Source of the DNA: Dendrobates tinctorius
Taxonomy: Eukaryota
Direction of reading: 5' to 3'
DNA length: 64,000 nucleotides
Assembly (NCBI RefSeq): GCF_039654945.1
Contig: NW_027361804.1
Location: 3,720,001-3,784,000 of the forward strand
The translations under genes were made by a program, and so were the position numbers. The notes below the pieces were generated by a model. That model saw only the letters and a list, made by a program, of their open reading frames with translations, searched no databases and was not told the origin of the DNA. This document shows, piece after piece, positions 50,719 through 63,425 of the stretch (position 1 is the stretch's first letter; the number at the start of each line of letters is the position of its first letter).

Positions 50719-51055
50719 TTCATATTCTTTGGAGTAAATTCATGGACTTTATATATGTCATCCCCTGATGAAGAAGTGGTATACACTTTGAAACGCGTTG
50801 GGAAACAAACAGTTAATCTTTCTCATAACCTGGATAAGTGAATTTGTCTAGCAGCGCACTGAAGTCCATGAATTTACTCCAAAGAATCTGAAGTTTTACG
50901 GTCACAGAGTTGACCTTTGGACGTGCAGCAAGCTGACTGCGGATCTTATATGCCTGAACCTCTCCTGAAAAGGGTGAGTAGATTCTAATTTATTCTTCTA
51001 ACAATAACCCGGATAAGACCCTATTGCGCTTTTTGTTCCTTTAGTTTGATTGCAT
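50719..51055 (+). mobile_element. Short non-autonomous Penelope/retrozyme-like insertion with a hammerhead ribozyme
   Basis: 14-bp TSD tgtgattagtgaac (50705-50718 and 51056-51069); about 32-bp 5' inverted segment; hammerhead motif; T-rich 3' end. Confidence 0.72.
50761..50803 (+). ncRNA. Minimal type I hammerhead ribozyme
   Basis: TCCC CTGATGA A GAAGTG-GTATA-CACTTT GAAA CGCG TT GGGA: stem I TCCC/GGGA, 6-bp stem II, intact core, palindromic ACGCGT stem III, GUU cleavage triplet. Confidence 0.8.
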
Positions 51056-53376
51056 TGTGATTAGTGAACGTGATAGGCCGCTCTGAATATGTGTTTTGAG
51101 AGAGCACCTAAAACTGTGCAAATTGTGGATAGTCCTAATTTCTTGGGGTAGAGCATTCCAGAGGATTGGCGCAGTGCGAGAAAAGTCTTGGAGTCGGGAG
51201 TGGGAGGTACGGATTAGTGCAGAGGTTAGTCGAAAGTCTTTTGCAGAGCGCAGCGGTCGGCTAGGCCGGTAGACAGAAATGAGGGAGGAGATGTAGGGGG
51301 TGCCGCACCGTGGAGAGCTTTGTGGGTGAGAACAAGTACTTTGAATTGGACCCTACAATGAACGGGCAGCCAATGTAAGGACTGGCGAAGAGTGGACGCA
51401 TCCGAGTACCGATTAGCCAGGTAGATGACCCTGGCTGCTGCATTAAGTATGGACTGGAGAGGGCATAGTCGAGTAATGGGGAGGCCAATTAATAGAGCGT
51501 TGCAGTAATCCAGGCGGGAGTGGATCAATGCTACAGTGAGGGTTTTGTTGTTTCCATGGTGAGAAAAGGACGGATTCTAGAGATATTCTTTAGGTGTAGG
51601 CGGCAAGAGCGGGCAAGACATTGTATATGGGATGTGACGGAGAGGTTGGTGTTAAACATAACACCCAGACAGCGTGCCTGCTGCCAGGGTGTTATTATGG
51701 TGCCACCCACGGAGAGGGAAATGTCAGATTTAGGGAGGTTAGTAGATGGCGGGAGCAGAAGTTCAGTTTTTCAGAGGTTAAGTTTTAGATAGAGAGCGGA
51801 CATGACGTTGGAGACTGCGGACAGACAGTCACTGGCATTCTGTAGTACAGCGGGGGTAAGGTCGGGGAATGACGTATATAGTTGTGTATCATCAGCATAA
51901 AGATGGTACCGAAAGCCAAATCTGCTGATGGTCTGTCCAATTGGGGCTGTGTAGAGAGAGAAGAGAAGGGGGCCAAGGACTGAGCCCTGAGGCACCCCGA
52001 CAGTGAGAGGAAGAGGAGATGACGTGGAGCCAGCGAACAAAACACTGAAGGAGCGGTCAGAGAGATAGGAAGAGAACCAGGGGAGAGCAGTGTCCTTAAT
52101 GCCTTGTGACTGGAGCCTAAGGAGTAGGAGACGGTGGTCAACAGTGTCGAAAGCTGCAGAAAGGTCGAGAAGAATGAGCAGAGAGTGTTCACCGTTACAT
52201 TTAATATCTAATCTGTGTCTCCTCCCATTCAGTTTCATCCCATTGCTTCTAGTCTTTCCTTGTGCAAATGAGAATAAAGTTGATCCTTCTACAATGTGAC
52301 AGCCCTTTAGATATTTGTAGACAGCTATTAAGTCTCCTCTCAGTCTTCTCTTTTGCAGCTAAACATTCCCAAATCTGCAACCTTTCCTCATAAGACAGGG
52401 TTTGCAGACCGGTCACCATTCTGGTCGCTCTTTTCTGAACTTGCTCCAATTTGTTGATGTTTTTTTTAAAATGTGGTGCCCAAAACTGGACACAGTATTC
52501 CAGATGAGGTCTGACCAAAGAGGAGTAGAGGGCAATAATGACTTCACGTTATCTAGACTGTATGCTTCTGTTAATACATCCTAGAATTGCATTTGCCTTT
52601 TTTGCTGCTGCATCACACTGTTGACTCATGTGCAGTCTGTGATCTATTAGGATACACAAGTCTTTTTCACATGTGCTGTTGCTTAGCCCTATTCCTCCCA
52701 TTCTGTATATGCTTTTTTCATTTTTATTGCCCAGATGTAGTACTTTGCATTTTTCCCTGTTAAAAAGCATTGTTAGTTGCTGCCCACTTCTCCAGTTTAT
52801 TTATATCTTTTTGAATCCTCTCTCTCTTCTCTAGTATTAGCTATCCCTCCTAGCTTTGTCATCAGCAAATTTAATCAGTTTACCCTCAATTCCTTCATCT
52901 AAATCGTTGATAAAGATGTTGAACAATACAGGGCCCAGGACAGAGCCCTGTGGTACCCCACTTGAGACATTCTTCTAACTGCATGTGCAGCCATTTTCGA
53001 CCACTCTTTGGGTCCGATCACTAAGCCAGTTATGAATCCACCTAACAGTTGCCTTGTCCATTCCATACCTAGTCATTTTTTCAATAAGGATCGTGTGAAA
53101 TACTTTGTCGAATGCTTTGCTTAAGTCAAGATATACTATATCTACAGCATTTCCCTGATCCACCCAGTCAGTGATTCTGTCATGGAAGGAAATTAAGTTA
53201 GTCTGACATGACTTATTAGTTACAAACCCATGCTGACTCTGTTTAATCACTTCATTCTTATCCAGGTACTGACATACATGTTGTACAAAGATCTTTCCTG
53301 GTATAGAAGTCAGACTCACCGGCCTATAGTTCCCTTAGTCCACCTTCTTCCCCTTTTTGAAGATAGGAACATTTGC

Positions 53377-54154
53377 TGTTATGAGTTCATTTTCCCCTTC
53401 ACCATTGAGGTCTGATGAACCCCCTCTTCTGGTGAAGGAAGGTAGTGAGGCTGATTACCAAGCACCTGAGCTGGGAGAGGATGACTGGGCGACGGAGATC
53501 TGACTGGATATAAGGCAGCCGACGCCCTTCTGCCTCGCTGGTGATTTCTCTGTGGGATTCTAGGAGACCAGTCTGATTCCTGCTCCTCAAAAGCTAAGTT
53601 TTCTGCTTTGCCTTTTTGCATTTGTGTTTTGGTTTTAGTTTGCCTTGTTTTTCTGGATTCTGCCATTCCCTGCTGGGGTGAGCTGAATTCCTTTTTTGTC
53701 TGTCTGCTCTGTCTTCAGAAAATACCTGAGTACTGACATAGTCTTTTTGAAGCCTAGCGTCTTCAGGGCCTTTTTCCCTGTCAGTCTGTTGGCTCTTATT
53801 TTGATAGGGTTTTTCCTTTCCTGTCCTATCTAGTTAGCTTGGGCCCCATCATTTGCTCAGTCTATCTTTCTATCTGTGTTAGTGTTTTTTCTTCTTGCTT
53901 CACCGTCATTATATGTTGGGGGCTGCCTATTGCTTTGGGGTCTGCTCTGGGGCAGTTTAGATTTCCCTTTGTCTTTAGGCTAGGCAGTTCTCCAGCTGTG
54001 ATCGAGGGGTCTAGGGCATCGTAGGAACCCCCCACGGCTACTGCTAGTTGTTGATAGGTTCAGGGGTCTGCAATCCGATAGCTGCCAACTTCTCTGGTTT
54101 TCTGGACTTAGCTAGCATTCTGTTTTTGCCTCTTACGGTGACTCATTCATAACA
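53377..54154. mobile_element. Solo LTR, same family as 36996-38319, inserted in the CR1
   Basis: tgttatga...tcataaca termini; 6-bp TSD atttgc/attttc with one mismatch. Confidence 0.8.
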
Positions 54155-54632
54155 ATTTTCTCTTCTCCAGTCTTCTCGGACTTCTCCTATTCTCCAAGAC
54201 TTTTCATGGAGAGTGGTTCAAAATTTCTTCTGCTATCTCATTCAGTACTCTGGGGTGTAATTCAACTGGACCTGGAAACTTGAATTCATTTAGGTTAGCT
54301 AAGTGTTTCCTCACTATCTTTCTGTTTATAGATATCCTGGATTCTTCTATTCCTTTAATAGGACAGTGAAGATCAGTTGATGTTACATTTCCTTTCTGAG
54401 AGAAAACAGATGCAAAATAGGAATTTAAAAGTTCGGCCTTCTCAACAGCCTGTCTTACCATTTCATCATTTCATCCTGCAAAAATCCTATAACACATCTT
54501 TGACTTTTCTTTTGACATATCCCCAAAATTCTTTTTATTGATGATTGGAGATGCTACAGGTCTCGGAAAATGGTGACTTTTTTATTTATTTATTTTTTTA
54601 AACAAATTTTGTATCTTTTTTTCAACACTTAA

Positions 54633-57600
54633 CCGCTTCACCCAGAAGCCTGTTTTCACCTTTCTGACCAGGCCAATGCTTTTATTTCTGACCAGTGTCA
54701 CTTTGTGAGGTCATAACTCTACAACGCTTCAATGGATCCCGGTGATTCTGAAATTGTTTTCTCATGACATATTGTAATTTATGACAGTGGTAAAATTTCT
54801 TCCATATGACTTGACGCAAGTCATATGGAAGAAATTTTACCACTGTCATAAATTACAATATGTCATGAGAAAACAATTTCAGAATCACCTGTATTTGTTA
54901 AAAAATGGAAATTTGGCGAAAATTTTGAAAATTTTGCAATTTTCAAACTTTTAAATTTTGTTTGCCCTTAGAGTCATATAGCATAAAATAGCTAATAAAT
55001 AACATTTCCCTCACGTATACTTTACATCAGTACAATTTTGGAAAAAAAATGATTTTGTTACAAAGTTATAAGTGTTAAAAATTGACCAGCGATTTCTCAT
55101 TTTTACAACAAAATTTGCAAAACCATTTTTTTAGGGACCACCTCACACTTGAACTAACTTTGAGGGGCCTATATGACAGAAAATACCCAAAAATGACCCC
55201 ATTCTATAAACTGCACCCGTCGAGGTGCTCAAAACTGTGTTCAAGAAGTTTATTAACCCTTCAGGTGCTTCACAGGAATTTCTGGAATGTGGAAGGAAAA
55301 ATATTTACTTTTTTCACAAAAAATTTCCTTTAGACCTAATTTTTTTTTTCTTTTGCAAGGGTAACAGGAGAAAATGGACAATCCATCTTGTTGTGCAATT
55401 TCTCCTGAGCACGTCGATATCCCATATGTGCGGGAAATCTACTGTTTGGGCGCACGGCAGAGCTCAGAAAGGAAGGAGTGCCATTTCACTTTTTGAATGT
55501 AAAATTTGCTGGCATAATTAGCAGCCGCCATGTCATGTTTGGAGAGCCCCTGATGTGCCTACAGTGGAAACCCCCAACAAGTGACACCATTTTTTAAACT
55601 AGACCCCTTAGGGAACTTATCTACATGTGTATTGAGCACCTTGAAACTCCAGGAGCTTCACAGAAGTTTATAACGTTAAGCCGCGAAAATTTAAAAAAAA
55701 AAAGTAAATCACATTTTTCCCAGATAAAACTTTTTTTAGCTCCAAATTATGTGCCATTTCTCCCGAGTGCGCAGATACCCAATATGTTGGGGAGTACTAT
55801 TGTTTGGGCGCACGTCAAGGCTTGGAAGGGAAGGAGCGCCATTTGACTTTTGGAACGTAAAATTTACTGGAATAATTAGCAGACGTCATGTCTCTTTAAA
55901 ACCCCCCACAAGTCACACCATTTTAGAAACTAGACCCCTTTGGGACCTTATCTAGATGTGCATTGAGCACCTTGAACCCCCCCCCCGCTGCTTCACAGAA
56001 GTTTATAACATTAAGCCGCGAGAATTTAAAAAAAAAAAATCATTTTTCCCATAAAAATCTTATTTAGCAACAAATTTAGTTTTTTTCACAAGGGCAAAAG
56101 GAGAAAATGGACCCCAAAGTTTGTTATGCAATTTCTCCAGAGTTCACTGATACCCCATATGTGGTCGAAAACTACTTTTGAGGCCCAGTTCAAAGCTCAG
56201 AAGGGAACTAGCGGCCATATTACAGTGCAGATTTTGTTGCACTTGTTTGAGGTTGCCATGTTACATTGACAGAACCCCTGAGGTGCCAGAACAGCAGAAA
56301 CCCCAATAAGTGACCTCATTTTACCAATTAAACCTCTCAATGAATTCATCCACAGATGCAGTGATTATATTGACACCACAGGTGTGTCACAAACTTTTAT
56401 ACCATTGGGCAGTGAAGAAAAAATAATTTACATTTTTACCACCAAGATTGTGTGTTAGCCCCAAGTTTTACATTTTCACACTAGGAAATGGGTAAAAATG
56501 GCACCAGAATTTGTCGCACAATTTCTGCTGACTGTACAAATACCCCATATGTGGCTGTACAGTACTACGTTGCCATACGGAGAGACTCGGGAGGGACAGA
56601 GTGCTATTGCCTCCTGGAGCGCAGATTTTCCTAAACTAGTTTGCGGACTCCATATTAAAAAAGCCCCTAAGTGCTAGAAAAGCAGAATCCCCCTTCGAGT
56701 GACCCCCATTTTGGAAATTATAACCCTTTGGGAATTTATCTACAGATGTAGTGACCATTTTGACTCCATGGGTGTTTACCAGAAACAAGCAGGAGTGGAT
56801 GTTGCGGAGTGAAAATTTCAAACTGCCGTTGTAGTGACCAGTACGCTGTAGTGACCAGTACGTTGCAGTCACCAGTGCATTATGCCCAGCCCGTGCTTCT
56901 GGAGACACGCACCTGTAAATTAGGCAGGCGCTCATCACAACAGAAATGCCAAACATTTGGGCGTTAAATGTGGTTTAGGCACACTGGGGATCAGAAGGGA
57001 GGGGGGCATTTGGATTTGGGAGCGGAGAATTTGCTGAATTTCTTTGGGGGGGGGCGAGGAGCCATTTCGCTTTTCCAGAGCCTTTGTACTACCAGTAACG
57101 TTGAAGCCTATATTTCCGTTAACAGATGGCGGACCTGAGTGGGGACTTGCTTTTTTTTGTAGGATTGAGTTGAAGCTTTCATTGGGAACATTTTACATAA
57201 TGTTTGGGATCACACTTACAAGGCACCCTACGCTGAGCACTTACTTTGCGATTTCCTTCTAAATCTCTGAGTGACGTGATTCAGATGAAACCCCCGAGGG
57301 ATCCATTCACTATAATGAGGTAGCAGAGTTACTCTGGACTCCATTGACCTTTGTTCAGTGGTGTCCTTTTCAGAAGTACACAAAACTGTGGCCGATGGCA
57401 CTTTTATGCAATCCTAAAAATACCTACCCCGCCGGATCACAGGTGAGACAGTGTCCACAGTGCCTCCCCATCTGCCTTATTATAGAGTATCTTCCGCTGG
57501 CGCTGGGGGTTCTGTCTGAATCACATATTTCAGAGATTTACATGGAAACCTCGGTGTAAGCGCTCAGGTTAGAGCGCAGGATAAATGGGCGCCGAGCCTT

Positions 57601-59397
57601 ACTGCGATCTTTGGGAAGCAGAATGAAAAAAAATCAACAACATGTGAAGAATTGTTTTCATTTCTTACGCCGTTCCTCGTGCGGTATAAGTTATTAGGCG
57701 ACTTTATTCTTCAGTTCGGTGCGATTACAGCGATACCAGATTTATATCGGGTTTTCATGTCCGGCTGCTGTTACACACAAAAAAGACGCTTTTTACTGCA
57801 AAAAAAAGTTTTCGTATCACCATATTTTGAGAGCTATAATTTTTTTTCATATTTCAGCCGACAGAGTCATTTGAGGTCTTGTTTTCTGCGGGACGAGCTG
57901 ATGCTTTATTGGTACCATTTTCGGGCACATGACATTTTTTTGATCGCTTTCTATTCTGATTTTTGGGAGACAGAATTAACAAAAACCAGAAATTTAGCAT
58001 TTGCTTTTTGTTTTTTATACCGTTACGCGTGTGGTACAATTGATAAGGCAGCTTTATTCTTGGGGTCAGTACTATTACAGTGATGCCTCATTTATATCTT
58101 TTTTATGTTTTGGTCTCTTACACAATAAAAACTGTGTTATAGAAAAATAATTATTTTTGCATCGCTTTATTCTGAGAACTATAACTTTTTTTTTCGCTGA
58201 TGATGCTGTTTGGCGGCTTGTTTTTTGCGGGACAAGATAATGTTTTCAGCTGTACCATTTTCATTTACATCCGCTTTTTTATCGCATTTTATTGCACTTT
58301 TTGTTTGGCGGTATGATGATAAAGCATTGCTTTTTATCTCATTTTTAATTTTTTTTATAGTGTTCACTGAAGGGGTTAACTAGTGGGAGTTTTATAGATC
58401 GGGTCGTTACAGACACCGTGATACCAACTATGCGTACTTCTATAGTTTATTTACATAAATGTATTTATTGTAAAAAATATTTTTTCTTTATTTAGGGATG
58501 TTAAAAAATATTTTTACACTTTCTAATATATTTTTTTTTTTTTGCGTTATGACATTGTCCCATGCTGGGACATCACTATATAATGTCAGATCGCTGATCT
58601 GACACTGCACTGTATCAGATCAGCAATCTGATAGGCAGCGAAGGAGGTATGCCGGCACCTGCTCTCAGCAGGCACTCGCAAGCCACCTTCCCTGTGGGAC
58701 CCGGAAGGACCCCGCGGCCATCTTGGTGCCGGGGGTCTCCATGGAGGCCATCAGGCCATCGCAATCGCATTGCAATGTCCTGATGGAAGCACGCAGGGAG
58801 CCTCCTCCCTACATGATGCTTCTCTATGCCGCTGTCACTACTGACAGTGGCATCAGAGGGGGTTAAATGCCCGCGATCGGTGCTTGCACAATTGTGGGCA
58901 TTGCTGCGGGGTGTCAGCTGTTACACTGGCACCCGATCACCGTGGCACTCAGCATGAGGCCGCGCGATCGTGCCGCAGTACATATACTGCTCTTTGCGGG
59001 AATGCACCCACATATGTATATGTACGGCACATGTCGGGAAGGGGTTAAATAAAAAAGAACCTAGACATGTTTGGTATCTACAAACTCATAATGACCTGGA
59101 GAACCATAATGGCAGGTCAGGTTTAGCATTTAGTGCACATGGTAAAACAAAAACAAAAAGCAATTGTGCAATTGCACTTTTTTTGTAATTTCACCGCACT
59201 TTGAATTTGTTTCCCGCTTTCCAGTACACGATATGGTAAAACCAATGGTGTCGTTCAAAAGTACAACTCGTCCTGCAAAATACTAGCCCTCATATGGCCA
59301 TACTGATGGAAAAATAAAAAAAAGTTATGGCTCTGGGAAGAAGGGGAGCAAAAAACGAAAACTCAAAAAAGGGAAAAAATCCAAGGTGGTGAAAAGG
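54633..59397. mobile_element. Large non-autonomous TTAA-type (piggyBac-like) element or nest, with internal tandem subrepeats
   Basis: TTAA|CCGCTTCACC ... GGTGAAAAGG|TTAA; diverged 330-410-bp subrepeats at about 55180-56800; no transposase seen. Confidence 0.65.
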
Positions 59398-59814
59398 TTA
59401 AAGAAAAATCATATGATTTTCATCCCCACAGACTGAGTATTTTTTCGTCTGTATTGCTCATCCATTTTTATGCATTAAAAGTGAATAAAATTTCCAAGAA
59501 CGAAGAGTTTCTTATGTTAGTAACGGAAATGTATCTGTTAAAACCAGATGCTATACGGTGATTTGTATGGGATCCAATTACTTTTGCACACTCAGAAATC
59601 AATGCAAGTGTCATCTGAAATACAGAAGAGAGCGGTGCGTGCCGAGATCTTTTTCACACGGATATTTGGTCTGTATTAAACTGCCCTGTTGCATATTGTT
59701 CCTAGTACTGTCTGAGTGATGTCAGGGTTATTTACTTTCACTGACAGGACTAGGACCGAAGATACACTTGTGTGGACGTGGCCTGATAATTACGGCATTA
59801 AAGGGCTGCCTTAA

Positions 59815-60226
59815 AGGGTTTCTGTCAGCAGGTTTTTGCAGTGTAATCTGACAGCAGCATGAGGTAGGGTCAGAGACCCCGATTCCAGCGATGTATCACT
59901 TACTTTAGTGGGTGCAGCAGTTGTGATGGAATCACAGTTTTCTCTGATACAGATCTTGCAGAGCTCAGAATGTTGAGCTGTGTATAACCCCGCCCTCACC
60001 TCTGATTGGCAGCTTTCTGTGTACAATGTATATGTTTAGGGGGCATGGTTGAGCCAGGAGGCACAAGACATCTGGTCCTGCAGTGATAATTTTCTGCTAG
60101 TAAACCACTGATTTTATTGAAACAGCAAAACAAATCCCAGCAAGTGACTCATCGCTGAAATCAGAGTCGCTGCCACTAGATCATGCTGCTCTCAGAATAC
60201 AACACAAACCTGCTGATGGATTCCCT
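59815..60226. mobile_element. T2/Kolobok-type MITE
   Basis: TTAA|AGGGTTTCTGTCAGCAGG...CCTGCTGATGGATTCCCT|TTAA; imperfectly palindromic body. Confidence 0.7.
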
Positions 60227-60869
60227 TTAAATGTTACATAGCCGTAGTCAGAAAGAGTCTTGTTAATTCTGTTCATCTGCAAAAAAAAAAAGTCCAAAAA
60301 TTATTTAAAAAAAAAAAAAACAATGCCAAAATGAAAACAGGGCAGGCATCAGTCGAGCAGTTCAGGGACATTTTATCTAAATTTAGCCCTTTTTATAAAC
60401 AAGTGATGATCGAATGAGACAAGGAACAAGAGGGTCTGAGCATGGTGATGGAGTCCCTCGCTGATGCTCAGGTCATATAGACAAGACACCTATACATTGG
60501 GGCCTCCAATCTGAATTCATGGGTCAAAAAAAGATAAAAATAATGTTACAGTGAAATCAGACTACGAAGTGACACAGACCATACTTGACATGGAAATTTA
60601 GGGGATTCTTATTTTATGAACTTGCGGATATATTTTATTTACAAAACCATTTTCTTAGCTTTTAATTTTTTTTTTTCATTTTTACTTATTTTTATGTTTT
60701 ATATTTCAGTTTCACAAAATAAATATTGCTTCAATTAAAATACTTTTTTTTTTTTTTACAAAATAAAACTCAGCATGTCTTGTAGATGATGATCCGCCAG
60801 GAGGATCTTGTTTTTGGACCGGCGAGCCATGTATTGGTATCATGATGGGTGCATGTCTTTAATGGATGA

Positions 60870-62117
60870 TCACACAAATGTGTTCGGAGGGTTGGAATCG
60901 ATGGGCCAAGCCAGTTTTTTCTCTTTAGCTTCCCGGTCAAATGAGTCATAAACGGACTCCTTCACAGCCGTTTTGCCCGGGATTGGCATTTCACAAATGC
61001 CAACGTAGTTCCTTTTAGCCATACGGGAGCTGGTGGTGATGGTGTACGCGTTGCTCCGATAGCACTTCATGGATGACATACAGAAGGTCTCTTTCATGCC
61101 ACGTCGGAAGTTGGCATTGTATACCGAGTACAATGTTGGCTTGGCTGCCGAGGATCCAAAGGAAAGCCAAGAGACTGCCAGGTAAGCGAGGCAGCACTGA
61201 CGCTGGTCATTCTCATCTGGGTGCCACAGCTGCACCACGTAGAAGGGCATCCATGATACCAGGAATATTGTATTTAACATCAAGAACATCTTGATGGTTT
61301 TCACTTTGGTTCTGGGCACAATGTTCATGGTGCGTCTGACGCTCAGTCTGTCAGTGCCAATGCGCCAAATATATTTCACTACTTTCTGGTAAAAAAGGAG
61401 GATGAGAGCAGATGGCACCAGGAAGCCCACAAGAAGATGGGCCACCCCATACACCGCCCCATCCCAAGAAGGAGGCGGGAAAAAGTTGCAGTGCCCGTCC
61501 ACGACATCGAAAAAGAAGAACGCTGGAGAAACAAAGGCGGCATCAAAGAGCCACGATGCCACGATCATCCTTTTGGCTTTTTCTCTGGAGACCTTAAAGC
61601 TCAGAGGGTACAAGATGGTGTAAAAACGATCAAGGCAGATGGATAAAAGCACGTAAATTTGTACTCCAGGGGTCAGGTAGTGAAAATAACGTGCCAATTT
61701 ACACATGGCGCTGCCCAGTGCCCAGCGGCCAGAGGTGATTTGTAACAAAGTGAACGGGGCACTACCAAGGCTGAGCAACAAGTCCGCACATGCCAAAGAG
61801 ACCACAAAGTAATTTGTTGTTGACTGAGTCCGACGGCTCCGATGAATGACCAAACAAACCAAAGCGTTGCCGAACACCGAGAGGATCCAGATAAACCCGA
61901 AGATCAACCCAGCTGCAGCAATCTCCCCCGAAAACAGAAACGGGTCCAGGCCAGTGCTGTTCCTCTGCTCCGCAGGGTTGTGTCTGTAAAGTCCTGGCAT
62001 CCATGGTTCTCCAGCTGACATCGGACAGGTAGTCAAACTGTTATTTGGCATGGGGTAAAGGACGGTGGGTGGGATGAGACGAGGCCTCTGGGCATCCATA
62101 CCATGGGCAAACACCAT
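60870..62117 (-). CDS. GPR19: G protein-coupled receptor 19, 415 aa, single coding exon
   Basis: Starts MVFAHGMD and ends KKLAWPIDSNPPNTFV; seven transmembrane segments with GN, DRF and KPTLY motifs; acceptor ttttctcag|G at 62139/62138, 21 nt upstream of the ATG. Confidence 0.98.
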   Translation of the reverse strand: MVFAHGMDAQRPRLIPPTVLYPMPNNSLTTCPMSAGEPWMPGLYRHNPAEQRNSTGLDPFLFSGEIAAAGLIFGFIWILSVFGNALVCLVIHRSRRTQSTTNYFVVSLACADLLLSLGSAPFTLLQITSGRWALGSAMCKLARYFHYLTPGVQIYVLLSICLDRFYTILYPLSFKVSREKAKRMIVASWLFDAAFVSPAFFFFDVVDGHCNFFPPPSWDGAVYGVAHLLVGFLVPSALILLFYQKVVKYIWRIGTDRLSVRRTMNIVPRTKVKTIKMFLMLNTIFLVSWMPFYVVQLWHPDENDQRQCCLAYLAVSWLSFGSSAAKPTLYSVYNANFRRGMKETFCMSSMKCYRSNAYTITTSSRMAKRNYVGICEMPIPGKTAVKESVYDSFDREAKEKKLAWPIDSNPPNTFV

Positions 62118-63425
62118 CTTTGTTGCAGTTGAAGAGTCCTGAGAAAATCCAGAAGGAGAGGAGGTGGATGGGACCAAGATGGGGATAGGGAGGTGAGAGA
62201 TGAATGGAACGATAAGGACAATGGACAGGTGTTAGCGAGAGGGTCAAGGGGACATGGGTGGGAGGAATATTCACAGGAGGCAGACATGTGCCGTGGCGTA
62301 ATAAAGCGTTAGAAAAATGTATGATTGACAGAGATGGGTAGTCAGGAGGTGGACAGAGGAAATGACGAGGGTTTATAATATTGAGGTTCAGGGTGAAAAA
62401 AAAAGAAGAAAACAGAAAAAGTAAAAGGGTCAGTGTAATGTAACACCAGAGCGACAAGCTGAACCAGGACACTAAAGGGTTATTCCCATATATCGCTAGC
62501 ATATACCATCACTATGATCGGCGGGGGTCTGAACTCTGTGAGAAGTATTCTATATCTACAGGTTTCAGACAGCAAGCAGAGAAAAGTCTATTAGAAAGTT
62601 GCAGAACTTTTCCCTACCCAGAGACTCAGCTTCACTTAAATAGAATCCCTAAAATCCAGAAGCCCCAGTGAACAGTCCCCGAGTCACATGTCAGACTAAA
62701 ACATGTAATCACATGTAATGGAGCATGAGACCACACTGGAGGATACACAGACCAGACGTGCGGAGAAGACAGGAATAAAGCATGGACAAGTATTCACCAG
62801 GGAAGCGACAGGAGCCGTCAGGGACACAATCAGATGCTGATCGGCCACTTTTCGCCCCATGTAGCACTCTGCACGATGCAGGGAGGAGACGTCCTGGTCT
62901 CTGGCCGTACAATCGGCATCTCTGATGTCCCAGTTACCATGGAGCAGCCTGAATGCTGCGGAGAGCCATGGTCACTATGCAACCTTGGAGACTGTATAGA
63001 TGGTGAGGAGGGAGCAGGAAGGATAGGGAGGCTGAATTTGTTAAACTACCATAATCTCCATCTTACAAATTAACCCCTTTAATGTCACTAGCATGACCCT
63101 ACAAACTGGAGCGGACACAGACAGAAGAGGGCCCCTGTGTGGTTTAATAGCTCATCGCCTGCTCTGAAGGTGGTAGCGATCCCTTGCCTTTGGGGCTCCT
63201 CTTTGGCTACACCAATATGTCAGCCCCTGTGCTACAAACTACATGACTCCTTAAAGACCTCAAGTTCATTACTAATATTATCCCTTATACGCCCATGAAA
63301 TGACCGGTGTGACCAGACAGCCACATATGAATCAATATAAAAACGGATAGCTCTACCTCCTCCTAATAGCCCATCAAAGGCCATATAAAGTCAAAGTCTG
63401 AAGTCGAAGAAAAATGAGGCAACTA

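Larger units (their letters stand above)
50421..52200 (-). mobile_element. 5'-truncated L2-clade LINE nested in the CR1
   Basis: Reverse transcriptase motifs [49 protein letters not shown] and LHWLP; (TTA)n tail at about 50416-50433; taatat on both flanks. Confidence 0.88.
50290..54540 (-). mobile_element. CR1-clade LINE fragment split by L2 and LTR insertions (pieces at about 50290-50420, 52200-53376 and 54155-54540)
   Basis: ORF2 motifs [53 protein letters not shown] and KAELLNSYFASVF; frameshifted. Confidence 0.88.

Noticed and set aside
62118-62177. 20-aa N-terminal extension of GPR19 in the ORF track
   Set aside because: Non-ATG start that crosses a splice acceptor at 62139; the conserved start is MVFAH at 62117.
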